Shown here: piece by piece, positions 9,663 to 18,785 of the stretch
Position numbering within the stretch: position 1 is the first letter of the stretch
Layout of the letters: each line of letters begins with the position of its first letter
DNA from: an uncultured Oscillospiraceae bacterium
Lineage (GTDB): Bacteria; Bacillota; Clostridia; Oscillospirales; Oscillospiraceae
Assembly (NCBI GenBank): GCA_947626085.1
Contig: CANQQU010000005.1
Coordinates: forward strand, 3,342 to 67,341
Length of the DNA stretch: 64,000 nt
Reading direction: 5' to 3'
The notes under the pieces: generated by a model
The model's input: only the letters and a program-made list of their open reading frames with translations
The model's database searches: none
Told to the model about the DNA's origin: nothing
Position numbers and translations under genes: made by a program

Positions 9663-10704
9663 GAAATCTCTCTGAATACCTGATCCAATATGCTGCCGCC
9701 CATCCCCAGGCAAGCTCCTGGGCAAGGGTGACCAATGGCTCTCCGCCGCCCAGGTCCGCCGCCTGACGGACAACACCGCCGCCGAAATGGCCCGGCTGGG
9801 GCTGAAACAGGGGGATCTGGTGGTGGTCCGCACAGACCAGAGCGTCCGCACGGCGATTATCCTCTTTGCCGTGGCGCGGATTGGGGCCACGGCGGCGCTT
9901 CTGGACCCCAGGGCCGACTTGGACGCCGCCCGCTTTGGAACGCCCATGATCATTGGAGCGGGGATCTGCCGGACAGCGGCGGGGACCTTTCCCCTGGACC
10001 CAGCGGCTCTGCCCGATGCCCTTGCGGGGGACAATTCTACTGACCCCAACGGGCCGAGCTTTGTGCTGCTCACCTCCGGTTCCACCGGGGAGCAGAAGGC
10101 GGTGGTACTGAGCCAGGCCAATCTGATCGAAAATCTTTTGGAATCGGCCCCCCTGGGGGACTACCGGCCCGGCGACCTAGCCCTGGGGGCGGCGCCCATG
10201 GACCATGTCTTTGGCCTGGTACTGCTGTTTGGCACAGTGGTGTTGGGCTATGGGCTGTACCTGCTGGCGGAGAAGGAGGCCGGGGCCGTACTCGCCGCCA
10301 TTGAGAAGCAGCGCCTCACGCGGATGAACGGGGTGCCCTCCTTGTACCTGGCCATGGCCGAGCATCGGACGGGGTACGACCTGGGAAGTCTGCGCTGCGG
10401 CTTTATTGGCGGCGGCCCCTGGACGGCGGAGGCATTATGGGGCGCGGAAGCGCTGGTAGAGCTGCGGATCCCGGCCACGGTGGAGAGCCTGCCGGGACGG
10501 GTGTTTGCGGGCGCACCCAATTTGACCCGCTTGATTTTGGAGCACACGGATCGCGTCGTTACCATCCAGCCGGACACCTTTGCCGGGGCGGAGCAGGTGA
10601 AGATTTATGTTCCGTCGATTGCCTATCCGCTCTACCGGAAGGTCCCCGGCTGCGAGGTTTCTCCATGGGCGGAATACTGGGATCGGATCGTGCCGATGGG
10701 ATAA
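9659..10704 (+). pseudogene. AMP-dependent synthetase/ligase (DltA-like) fragment, frameshifted at 5' end and fused at about 10440 to an LRR C-terminal fragment
   Basis: The ATG at 9659 (ATGA overlap with the previous ORF) gives MRNLSEYLIQYAAAHPQ. A shift at the C-run 9704-9707 then leads into GKLLGKGDQWLSAAQVRRLTDNTAAEMARLGLKQGDLVV... The AMP-binding motif LLTSGSTGEQKAV is present. The enzyme stops after GGGPWTAE, and the frame continues as the LRR text IPATVESLPGRVFAGAPNLTRLIL. Confidence 0.6.
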
Positions 10705-10721
10705 ATTTGCAGACAAAAACC

Positions 10722-10845
10722 CGCCCATAGAGGGAAGCGCTTTGCCGGAAGAAATGCTGTGGATATAACTGTTGCTGTGACCCAGATCAATACTCATCTT
10801 ATATTCTGAAATGTTTTTCTTGGTCCTCAACACCGAAATTGCGCC
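10722..10845 (-). pseudogene. XRE-family helix-turn-helix fragment
   Basis: The minus-strand translation ...ISVLRTKKNISEYKMSIDLGHSNSYIHSISSGKALPSM resembles an XRE HTH. There is no ATG, and the C-terminus is lost into the preceding gene. Confidence 0.4.
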
Positions 10846-10995
10846 AGGTGCCTCCGTGTATCAAAAGACAGCCTTTCCTTAATTCTACCCATTCGATTGG
10901 ACCGTTTCTGTGATAGACTATCCTCCGATGGGGGCTTGCAAGCCCTTCCAGAAAGCGCTATTCTACGACCTGTTGAGAAAAAGGAGAGATTCACC

Positions 10996-11286
10996 ATGCC
11001 CACGTCCCACACCATGCGATATTATCAAGACCAGGAAATCAAAGTATTCCGGACTATTCCCGGAATGGACGCCTTGATGCAAAACCCCGCCCTGGAAGCG
11101 AAGTTCCCGGATGTGGCCTTTGCTCTGGAAATGGCGAACAGCCTTTCTACCGGGGACAATGAACAGAACGCCATTCATCAGCGGGCCTATCTGGCAATCC
11201 TTCACGGTGAAAGCATCGCCGCGGTCCAGCATCGGTATAAGCTGGACATGGAGAGATATGTGGAACGGCATATGTGGGATGATTAA
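10996..11286 (+). CDS. Hypothetical protein (96 aa)
   Basis: The RBS AAGGAGAG lies 7 nt upstream of the ATG, and a stem-loop follows. I recognise no family. Confidence 0.45.
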   Translation: MPTSHTMRYYQDQEIKVFRTIPGMDALMQNPALEAKFPDVAFALEMANSLSTGDNEQNAIHQRAYLAILHGESIAAVQHRYKLDMERYVERHMWDD

Positions 11287-11289
11287 AAA

Positions 11290-11310
11290 GGAGCCGCTTT
11301 CCACGGCTCC
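11290..11310. terminator. Stem-loop GGAGCCG-N7-CGGCTCC; the T-run is only on the minus strand
   Basis: A perfect 7-bp GC-rich stem. The minus-strand reading is followed by TTTTTAATC; the plus-strand reading is followed by TTAAAAC. Confidence 0.5.
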
Positions 11311-11586
11311 TTAAAACATATTCTGGTGGGACGAATGCGCCCGCTTTCGCGGCGCCATGTTGGTTTTTCTGGCCAATCTTAGCAATGATGGCGGAGCGGT
11401 CTTCCTCGGGAATGCCCAGAAGCTCATAGCCTTTACTATGCGTAGACTCTGAATCTGCCTTTTCATTTTTATTTTCCGCCAATGGGGTTCTCTCCTTGCA
11501 TTTGTTCCATTCTTGGATTATAATCAAAAAAGGAAGGAAATCGGTAGGCACATTTGACATCTATAAACAAAAAATGGAGGGATGCT

Positions 11587-13065
11587 ATGCTTTACATCGG
11601 AATCGATCTGGGTACCTCCGCCTTAAAGCTGCTGCTGGTGGATGAGACCGGCCGCGTTTGCCGGGAGGTCAGCCGGACCTATCCGCTGTCCTTTCCCCAT
11701 CCGGGCTGGTCGGAGCAAAACCCGGAGGACTGGTGGAACGCCTGCCTGACGGGCATCCCGGAGCTTCTGCAGGGCTTTGACCCGAACCAGGTGGCGGGTA
11801 TCGGCGCCGGCGGCCAGATGCACGGTCTGGTGGCGCTGGACGAGCAGGATCGGGTGATCCGCCCGGCGATTTTGTGGAACGACGGCCGGACGGAGCGGGA
11901 GGTGGAATATCTCAACGAAAAGATCGGCCGGGAGACCCTCTCCCGTTACACCGCCAACATCGCCTTTGCTGGGTTTACCGCCCCGAAGCTGCTGTGGATG
12001 CGGGCCAACGAGCCGGAGAATTTCCGCCGCATCCGTAAAATCATGCTGCCGAAAGATTATGTAAACTATAAGCTCACCGGCGTCCACTGCTGTGACTATT
12101 CGGATGCCTCCGGGATGCTGCTGCTGGATGTGGCCAACCGGCGCTGGTCTGAGGAGATGCTTGCCATCTGCGGCGTGACTCTGGCACAGATGCCCCGGCT
12201 CTTTGAAAGCTATGAGACGGTGGGCTGCCTGACGGCGGAGGCCGCCCGGGCGCTGGGCCTGCCCCAAAGGGTTCGAGTGGTGGCCGGGGCAGGGGACAAT
12301 GCCGCCGCCGCGGTAGGGACCGGCGTGGTGGGGGCCGGGGGCTGCAATATCTCCCTTGGCACCTCCGGCACGATCTTCATTTCCAGCGATACCTTCCGGG
12401 TAGATCCCAACAACGCCCTGCATGCCTTTGCCCATGCGGACGGCGGCTATCACCTGATGGGCTGTATGCTGTCCGCCGCCTCCTGCAACAAGTGGTTCTG
12501 CCAGGACATTCTGGGTACGGCGGATTTTGGGGCGGAGCAGTCTGCCATCCGGCAGGAGGCGTTGGGGCACAATCGGGTGTTTTTCCTGCCGTATCTCATG
12601 GGCGAGCGCAGCCCCATCAACGACACCAACGCCCGGGGCGCCTTCATTGGCATGACCATGGACGCCACCCGGGCCGACCTAGTTCAGGCGGTGCTGGAGG
12701 GCGTGGCCTTCGCCATCCGGGATTCCTTTGAGGTGGCGAGGGGGCTGAGCATCGACATTCCCCGCTCTATGCTCTGCGGCGGCGGCAGCAAGTCGCCCCT
12801 GTGGCGGAAGATCTTTGCCAATGTGCTGGGCATTCCGCTGGACCTGCCCAAGACGGAGCAGGGCCCAGGCTATGGCGGCGCCATGCTGGCCATGGTGGGC
12901 TGCGGCGCGTTTCCCACGGTGCAGTCCGCTGCGGACGCGCTGGTGGAGATCGCCGGCACGGTGGAGCCGGAGGCGGCGCTCACCGGCCTGTACGAAGCCC
13001 GCTACCGCCAGTTCCGGCAGATCTACCCGGTATGCAAGGCGCTGTTTCCCGCGCTGCGCCAGTGA
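11587..13065 (+). CDS. xylB: Xylulokinase (FGGY carbohydrate kinase)
   Basis: The start is MLYIGIDLGTSALK after the RBS GGAGGG. The C-terminal motif GGGSKSPLWRKI is present. The length and motif order are typical of XylB. Confidence 0.85.
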   Translation: MLYIGIDLGTSALKLLLVDETGRVCREVSRTYPLSFPHPGWSEQNPEDWWNACLTGIPELLQGFDPNQVAGIGAGGQMHGLVALDEQDRVIRPAILWNDGRTEREVEYLNEKIGRETLSRYTANIAFAGFTAPKLLWMRANEPENFRRIRKIMLPKDYVNYKLTGVHCCDYSDASGMLLLDVANRRWSEEMLAICGVTLAQMPRLFESYETVGCLTAEAARALGLPQRVRVVAGAGDNAAAAVGTGVVGAGGCNISLGTSGTIFISSDTFRVDPNNALHAFAHADGGYHLMGCMLSAASCNKWFCQDILGTADFGAEQSAIRQEALGHNRVFFLPYLMGERSPINDTNARGAFIGMTMDATRADLVQAVLEGVAFAIRDSFEVARGLSIDIPRSMLCGGGSKSPLWRKIFANVLGIPLDLPKTEQGPGYGGAMLAMVGCGAFPTVQSAADALVEIAGTVEPEAALTGLYEARYRQFRQIYPVCKALFPALRQ

Positions 13066-13092
13066 ATAAAAACAAAATAGGAGGAATTATAT

Positions 13093-14580
13093 ATGTTTCA
13101 AAACATTCCCCAGGTGAAGCTGGGCATCATTGCTGTCAGCCGGGACTGCTTCGTGATCTCTCTGTCCCAGCGCCGGCGGAGCGCCGTCGCGGCCGCCTGC
13201 GCCGAAAAGGGGCTGTCCCTCTACGAGGCCCAGACCACCGTGGAAAACGAGAAGGATATGGAAAAGGCCGTGGCGGAGGTCCGCTCCGCCGGGTGCAACG
13301 CCCTGGTGGTGTTCCTGGGCAACTTCGGCCCGGAGACGCCGGAGACCCTGATCGCCCAGAAATTTGACGGCCCGGTGATGTACGCCGCCGCCGCGGAAGG
13401 GGACGGCGACCTGATCAACGGCCGGGGGGACGCCTTCTGCGGGATGCTGAACTGCTCTTATAATCTGGGCCTGCGGAAAACCAAGGCCTACATCCCGGAG
13501 TACCCCGTGGGCACGGCGGAGGACGTGGCGGAGATGATTTTGGACTTCGTGCCTGTGGCCCGGGCGCTGATCGGTCTGAAAAACCTGAAAATTATCACTT
13601 TCGGCCCTCGGCCCCAGGACTTTTTCGCCTGCAACGCCCCCATTCAGGGGCTCTATGAGCTGGGGGTGGAGATCGAGGAAAACTCCGAGCTGGACCTTCT
13701 GGTGAGCTACAAGGCCCACGCCGGGGACCCCCGAATCCCCGAAGTCTGCGCCGATATGGCCGCCGAAATGGGCGAGGGAAGGTACTATCCCGAGTTGCTT
13801 CCCCGGATGGCCCAGTTTGAGTTGACGCTGCTGGACTGGGCGGAGAACCACAAGGGCGCCCGAAAGTTTGTGGCCTTCGCCGACAAGTGCTGGCCCGCGT
13901 TTCCCGAGGCCTTTGGATTTGAGCCATGTTATGTCAACTCCCGCCTGGCCGCCCGGGGCATTCCCGTGGCCTGCGAGGTGGATATTTACGGCGCGCTGAG
14001 CGAGTACATCGGCGCCTGCGTCTCTGCCGACGCCGTGACCCTGCTGGACATCAACAACTCCGTGCCAAAATCCCTGTATGATTCCGAAATTGCCGGAAAA
14101 TATAGCTACCAGCTCACCGACACCTTCATGGGCTTCCACTGCGGCAACACCCCGTCCTGCAAGCTCTGCGCGGACCGGGCGGTGAAGTACCAGCTGATCC
14201 AGCACCGGCTGCTGGAGCCCAAGGACTCGGAGCCGGACTTCACCCGGGGCACCCTGGAGGGGGACATCGCCCCCGGGGCCATCACCTTCTACCGCCTCCA
14301 GTGCGACAGTGAAGGCAATCTCCGGGCCTACATCGCCCAGGGCGAGGTGCTGAACGTGGCAACAGGCAGCTTCGGTGGAATCGGCGTCTTCGCCATTCCC
14401 GAAATGGGCCGGTTTTACCGCCACGTCCTCATCCAGAAGCGCTATCCCCACCACGGGGCCGTTGCCTTCGGCCACTACGGCAAGGCCCTGTTTGAGGTGT
14501 TCAAATTCCTGGGCATCCAGGACATCTCCTACAACCAGCCCAAGAGCCTGCCCTATCCCACGGAGAATCCCTTTTGCTAA
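13093..14580 (+). CDS. L-fucose/L-arabinose isomerase-family protein
   Basis: 495 aa after the RBS AGGAGG. The N-terminal MFQNIPQVKLGIIAVSRDCF... and overall layout fit the FucI-like family. It lies in an operon with xylB and GH43. Confidence 0.7.
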   Translation: MFQNIPQVKLGIIAVSRDCFVISLSQRRRSAVAAACAEKGLSLYEAQTTVENEKDMEKAVAEVRSAGCNALVVFLGNFGPETPETLIAQKFDGPVMYAAAAEGDGDLINGRGDAFCGMLNCSYNLGLRKTKAYIPEYPVGTAEDVAEMILDFVPVARALIGLKNLKIITFGPRPQDFFACNAPIQGLYELGVEIEENSELDLLVSYKAHAGDPRIPEVCADMAAEMGEGRYYPELLPRMAQFELTLLDWAENHKGARKFVAFADKCWPAFPEAFGFEPCYVNSRLAARGIPVACEVDIYGALSEYIGACVSADAVTLLDINNSVPKSLYDSEIAGKYSYQLTDTFMGFHCGNTPSCKLCADRAVKYQLIQHRLLEPKDSEPDFTRGTLEGDIAPGAITFYRLQCDSEGNLRAYIAQGEVLNVATGSFGGIGVFAIPEMGRFYRHVLIQKRYPHHGAVAFGHYGKALFEVFKFLGIQDISYNQPKSLPYPTENPFC

Positions 14581-14607
14581 AGACTGCTAAAATTGGAGGC
14601 GTATCGG

Positions 14608-16047
14608 ATGAAAAATCAGGTTTTTAACCCCTACCTCCCCAGTTGGGAGTACATTCCCGACGGGGAGCCTCATGTGTTTGGCGGTCGGGTCTATGTCTAC
14701 GGTTCCCATGACCGGTTCAACGCCCCTATTTTCTGCGTCAACGACTATGCCTGCTGGTCCGCCCCGGTGGAGGACCTGTCCGATTGGCGGTACGAGGGCG
14801 TCATCTACCGGAAAAACCAGGACCCCAAGAATAAACTGGGCCTGCGGCTGCTGTTCGCCCCGGACGTGTGCCGGGGGCCGGATGGGCGGTACTACCTCTA
14901 TTATGCCTTTGATTTCATGGGCGTCATGGGGGTGGCGGTGTGCGACACCCCGGCGGGGCAGTATGAATTCCTGGGCCATGTCCACTATCCGGACGGCACG
15001 GTCTGGGGCCGGCGGAAGGGGGACCAGTTCCCCTTCGACCCCGGCGTCCTGGCGGATGACGACGGGCGGATCTGGCTCTACTCCGGCTTTTACACCCCCA
15101 CCCCCGCCATCGTCACCGGCGGGCGGAAGCTGCGCAACGACGGCGGCGTGGTGCTGGAGCTGGAGCCGGACATGGTGACCATCAAGACAGAGCCCAAGGT
15201 GATTTTCCCAAAAGAGGGCCCCGGGTCTTTCCCGAACCACGAATTTTTCGAGGCCAGCTCCATCCGCCGGGATGGGGACCGATACATTTTCGTCTACTCC
15301 TCCCGGCACAACCATGAGCTGTGCTACGCCGTGAGCCACCGCCCCGACGGGGACTTCACCTTTGGCGGCACCCTGGTGGACCAGGGGGACCTGTTCCTGG
15401 ATGGGAACGAGGACGAAAGCAAGGCTGTCAACTACCTGGGCAACACCCACGGCGGCCTGCTGCACCTCGGCGAGGACTGGTACATTTTCTACCACCGGCA
15501 GACCAACCGCCACTCCTATTCCCGGCAGGCCTGCGCGGAGAAGCTGACCCGGAATCCGGACGGCTCCTTCCGGCAGGCAGAGGTCACCTCCTGTGGCTTA
15601 AACGGCGGGCCCCTGGAGGGCCGGGGATGGTACGAGGCCCGGATCGCCTGCAATTTGTGGTCGAAGGATGGCGTGGGCCGGTACGACGGCCCTAACCCCC
15701 AAAAGCGCCTGGCGGACCACCCCTATTTTACCCAGACCGGGCCGGATCGGGAGGACCATGGGGACCAGTACATCGCCAATATGCGCGACGGCGCGGTGGC
15801 GGGCTTTAAATATTTCACCTTCGACGGGCCCCGGACCCTGACATTGGAGCTGGGGGGCGCCGGGCGGGGGGAGATGCGGGTGTCCGCCTCCCCGGATTTT
15901 GAGACCGGCTGCGTGATCCCAGTGGAGACCGCCGGGCATAAGGACCGGTTCGTCGGCACCCTGGATGTGGGCAGCGGCGTCAAAGCCCTGTACTTCCGGT
16001 TCCAGGGGGAGGGGACCGTGGATTTCCACGCCTTTCTTTTGGAATAA
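14608..16047 (+). CDS. Glycoside hydrolase family 43 (beta-xylosidase/alpha-L-arabinofuranosidase type)
   Basis: MKNQVFNPYLPSWEYIPDGEPHVFGGRVYVYGSHD... matches the GH43 five-bladed propeller N-terminus. A C-terminal beta-sandwich follows. There is no signal peptide. Confidence 0.75.
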   Translation: MKNQVFNPYLPSWEYIPDGEPHVFGGRVYVYGSHDRFNAPIFCVNDYACWSAPVEDLSDWRYEGVIYRKNQDPKNKLGLRLLFAPDVCRGPDGRYYLYYAFDFMGVMGVAVCDTPAGQYEFLGHVHYPDGTVWGRRKGDQFPFDPGVLADDDGRIWLYSGFYTPTPAIVTGGRKLRNDGGVVLELEPDMVTIKTEPKVIFPKEGPGSFPNHEFFEASSIRRDGDRYIFVYSSRHNHELCYAVSHRPDGDFTFGGTLVDQGDLFLDGNEDESKAVNYLGNTHGGLLHLGEDWYIFYHRQTNRHSYSRQACAEKLTRNPDGSFRQAEVTSCGLNGGPLEGRGWYEARIACNLWSKDGVGRYDGPNPQKRLADHPYFTQTGPDREDHGDQYIANMRDGAVAGFKYFTFDGPRTLTLELGGAGRGEMRVSASPDFETGCVIPVETAGHKDRFVGTLDVGSGVKALYFRFQGEGTVDFHAFLLE

Positions 16048-16147
16048 CCATTGCAGCACCCTGTCGAAAATAGGGCGGTCCAGTCAAATGCAGGCCCGAA
16101 AGGTTTCCTTTCGGGCCTTAGCATGTCAAAAAAGCCTTGCAGAGTTT

Positions 16148-16170
16148 GACGCCCTGGGGGCGTCGATTTT
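16148..16170 (+). terminator. Likely intrinsic terminator of the xylB-GH43 operon
   Basis: GACGCCC-TGG-GGGCGTC is followed by GATTTT. It is flanked by two further strong hairpins at 16092-16118 and 16169-16193. Confidence 0.45.
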
Positions 16171-16196
16171 GCCCCCGGGAAGTCCGGGGGCAAAGC

Positions 16197-16260
16197 TTGT
16201 GCGGCAGGAAGGAAAGGTTGTGCGGTTTTCCTTTCTTTGTATCGGCGCGGGTGCTAAAAT
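16197..16260 (+). promoter_or_regulatory. Box A: direct repeats TTGTGCGG (16197-16204, 16218-16225), then TAAAAT -10 at 16255-16260 with upstream TG
   Basis: The repeats are exactly 21 bp apart. A 29-nt gap separates the proximal repeat from the -10. The -35 is poor. The box lies upstream of GH78. Confidence 0.6.
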
Positions 16261-16291
16261 AACAATGGAAAAAAAGAAGGAGGAGAACCCT

Positions 16292-18691
16292 ATGAACAAA
16301 CGGATCGCCCGCGTTTTCAGTCTGCTTCTGGCGGCGGTGCTGCTGCTGACCGCCTGCAATGTTCAGCAGGGCCCCACCCAGACTACCGGTGGGACCACTG
16401 CCGGGACAGAGCCTGCCCAGCCCGCCGGGGTGCCGGAGCGGGGCCAGCCCGATAAATCGGACCTTCTTTACACCGCTGCCATCGACAGCTATAAGAAAAC
16501 CGATTGGACCGCCAACTGGATCTGGACCAAGAGCAGCTCAGACGACAGCTACGTTGCTTTCCGCAAGACCGTCAACCTGGACGCCGATACTCAGGCCACG
16601 GCCTATATTTCCGCCGTGGACAAGTACACCCTCTGGGTCAACGGGGAAATGGTGGTGCTGGACGGTTCGCTGAAGCGGGGTCCAACGCCTTATGACAGCT
16701 ATTATGACACCGTGGAGCTGGACCTGAAGGCCGGAGAGAACGTGATCGCGCTGCTGGTGGCCTTCAATGGCCGCTCCGGCGACGGCTCCATCGTCCCCGT
16801 GGCCCAGGACGAGGAGGGAGACGACTACAACCAAGCCGGCCTGCTCTTTGAGATGGAGGCCGACGGCCAGACGATCGTCTCCGACAGCTCCTGGAAGGCC
16901 ATCCGCCACGCCGCCTATAAAAACCGGGTCACCGCCGGGGCCGACTATCCTGGCTATGACCAGTCCTCCATGCTGGCGGAGCGGAACGTGTATTTTGCCG
17001 CTGCCGACGACATCGGACCCTTTATGGACGTCGGGTACGACGACAGCGCCTGGGAAGACGCCACCCTGGTGGCCAAGCCCGGAGATCTGCCCTTTGGCGA
17101 CCTGTACAGCGCCATCATCCGGCCCATCAAATTTGCCGGGATCACGGATTTTGAAAATTCCGCCGACTATGTGGGCCAGACCCTGACTTCCGATACGGTC
17201 CTGGAGCTGGAGCTTCCCGGCAACATCCAGTTCACCACCTATTTTGAGCTGGAAGCCCCCGCCGGGAAAAAGCTGACCTTCTACACCGATTCCTACACCG
17301 ATCAGGACGGCATGGCCAACTTCAAAGATACCTATGTGACCAAGGACGGGGCCCAAAGCTATGAAAACCTTCCCTGGCGCAGCGGCAGCAAGCTCTACAT
17401 CGAGGCGGAGGCCGGGGTGACCTTCACCGCCCTGGGCTACCGGAAGAGTGAATTCAACGGGACCTGGGCCGGAAGCTTCACCTCCTCCAATCCGGAGCTG
17501 GATCAGCTCTGGCAGGAGAGCCTGAACACCGTGGCAATCTGTATGCGAGACACCTTTATGGACTGCCCCGAGCGGGAGCGGGGCCCCTACATGGGCGATG
17601 CTTCCAACCAGATCGACGCGGCCCTCTACGGCTATGACCAGGGGGGCTACGACATGACGAAAAAGGCGATCCTGGCCTGTGTCGGCTGGACCACCGCTTC
17701 CGGCGCGATCCCCAGCCGAGCCCCCTCTGTCAAGCCCCAGGAGATCCCCAACCAGAGCCTGGCCTTTATGACCAGCGCCTATCACTACTATCTCCACTCC
17801 GGGGACGCCGAGACCATGCGTTCCTACTACACCGCCTTTATAAACTATCTAAAGCTCTTTGAAATGGCCGACGGCCTGCCGGTATACCGGGAGGGCTCCT
17901 GGACCTGGAACGACTGGGGCGACCGGATCGACGCGGACCTGCTCCAGGTGGGCTTCTACTATTACGCCCTGCGCCTGACCAAGTCCCTGGCGGAGAGCCT
18001 GGGCATTCCTGACGATCTGCCCTTCCTGACGGAGCGGATGGAGTCCATCCAGGGCGCCTACCACGACGCCTACTATACCCCCGAGGGCTTCAAGTCCCCC
18101 GATAGCAAGTATATCGACGACCGGGCCAACGCCCTGCTGGCGCTGTCCGGCCTAGCGGGGGAAGAGGACTATGATCTGATCTGCCAGGTGATCATGAACA
18201 CCTATCAGGCCAGCCCCTTCTGCGAAAAGTACATTTTGGAGGCTCTGTGCGTCATGGGCCGGGAGGACCTGGCGGTGCAGCGGATGCTGGACCGGTATGG
18301 CTTCATGCTCACCGACGACCACGACACCCTCTGGGAGCAATTCACCACCGACACCGGCACCTTTAACCACGGCTGGTCCGCCGCGCCGATGTATATCCTG
18401 AGTAAATATGTGGCGGGCATCCGTCCCACCGAGGCTGGGTTTGCCGCCTATGAGATCGCACCCTCGGACCTACTGGAGAGCTTCAGCTGCACGGTCTATA
18501 CCCCCAAGGGCAACATCACCGTGGTCAAAGAGGGGAACACCCTCACTGTCACCGCCATTGACAGCCCCGCCATCGTCTATCTGCCCGCCTCCTTTGGCTC
18601 TGCCGCCGTCTCCGGCGGGGAGTACACCGTGGCGGAGGACGGGAGCATCCTCCTGCCCGGCGCGGGCACCTACACCTTTACTGCCAACTGA
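16292..18691 (+). CDS. Lipoprotein, alpha-L-rhamnosidase-like (GH78-type six-hairpin) glycosidase
   Basis: The ATG follows the RBS GAAGGAGGAG. There is a signal peptide and lipobox (LLLTAC). The motif FMDCPERERGPYMGDA and the N-terminal beta-sandwich region are typical of bacterial rhamnosidases. Confidence 0.6.
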   Translation: MNKRIARVFSLLLAAVLLLTACNVQQGPTQTTGGTTAGTEPAQPAGVPERGQPDKSDLLYTAAIDSYKKTDWTANWIWTKSSSDDSYVAFRKTVNLDADTQATAYISAVDKYTLWVNGEMVVLDGSLKRGPTPYDSYYDTVELDLKAGENVIALLVAFNGRSGDGSIVPVAQDEEGDDYNQAGLLFEMEADGQTIVSDSSWKAIRHAAYKNRVTAGADYPGYDQSSMLAERNVYFAAADDIGPFMDVGYDDSAWEDATLVAKPGDLPFGDLYSAIIRPIKFAGITDFENSADYVGQTLTSDTVLELELPGNIQFTTYFELEAPAGKKLTFYTDSYTDQDGMANFKDTYVTKDGAQSYENLPWRSGSKLYIEAEAGVTFTALGYRKSEFNGTWAGSFTSSNPELDQLWQESLNTVAICMRDTFMDCPERERGPYMGDASNQIDAALYGYDQGGYDMTKKAILACVGWTTASGAIPSRAPSVKPQEIPNQSLAFMTSAYHYYLHSGDAETMRSYYTAFINYLKLFEMADGLPVYREGSWTWNDWGDRIDADLLQVGFYYYALRLTKSLAESLGIPDDLPFLTERMESIQGAYHDAYYTPEGFKSPDSKYIDDRANALLALSGLAGEEDYDLICQVIMNTYQASPFCEKYILEALCVMGREDLAVQRMLDRYGFMLTDDHDTLWEQFTTDTGTFNHGWSAAPMYILSKYVAGIRPTEAGFAAYEIAPSDLLESFSCTVYTPKGNITVVKEGNTLTVTAIDSPAIVYLPASFGSAAVSGGEYTVAEDGSILLPGAGTYTFTAN

Positions 18692-18716
18692 TCATTTCCT
18701 TCCTTTTCTTCCTCAC

Positions 18717-18753
18717 GGCAAGGTCCCCGGCGAATTTCGCCGGGGACCTTGCC
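18717..18753. terminator. Bidirectional stem-loop between the convergent GH78 and kinase genes
   Basis: GGCAAGGTCCCCGGCG-loop-CGCCGGGGACCTTGCC forms a stem of about 16 bp. Confidence 0.6.
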
Positions 18754-18785
18754 ACTTCTAAAGGAGGATCTGCGCTTTAGCGCGT

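Noticed and set aside
11147-11560. A 137-aa minus-strand ORF.
   Set aside because: It reads straight through the terminator hairpin and into the antisense of the 10996-11286 gene. Its start lies inside the xylB promoter and RBS region. At most its middle part is a remnant.
15965-16291. N-terminal extensions offered by the ORF track for GH78 (15965). The same applies to 20940, 24920, 27393 and 30517 for the lipoprotein and GH3 genes.
   Set aside because: The extensions run through terminator hairpins and the box promoters. They lack an RBS. Internal ATGs with strong RBS plus signal or lipobox sequences give sensible N-termini.
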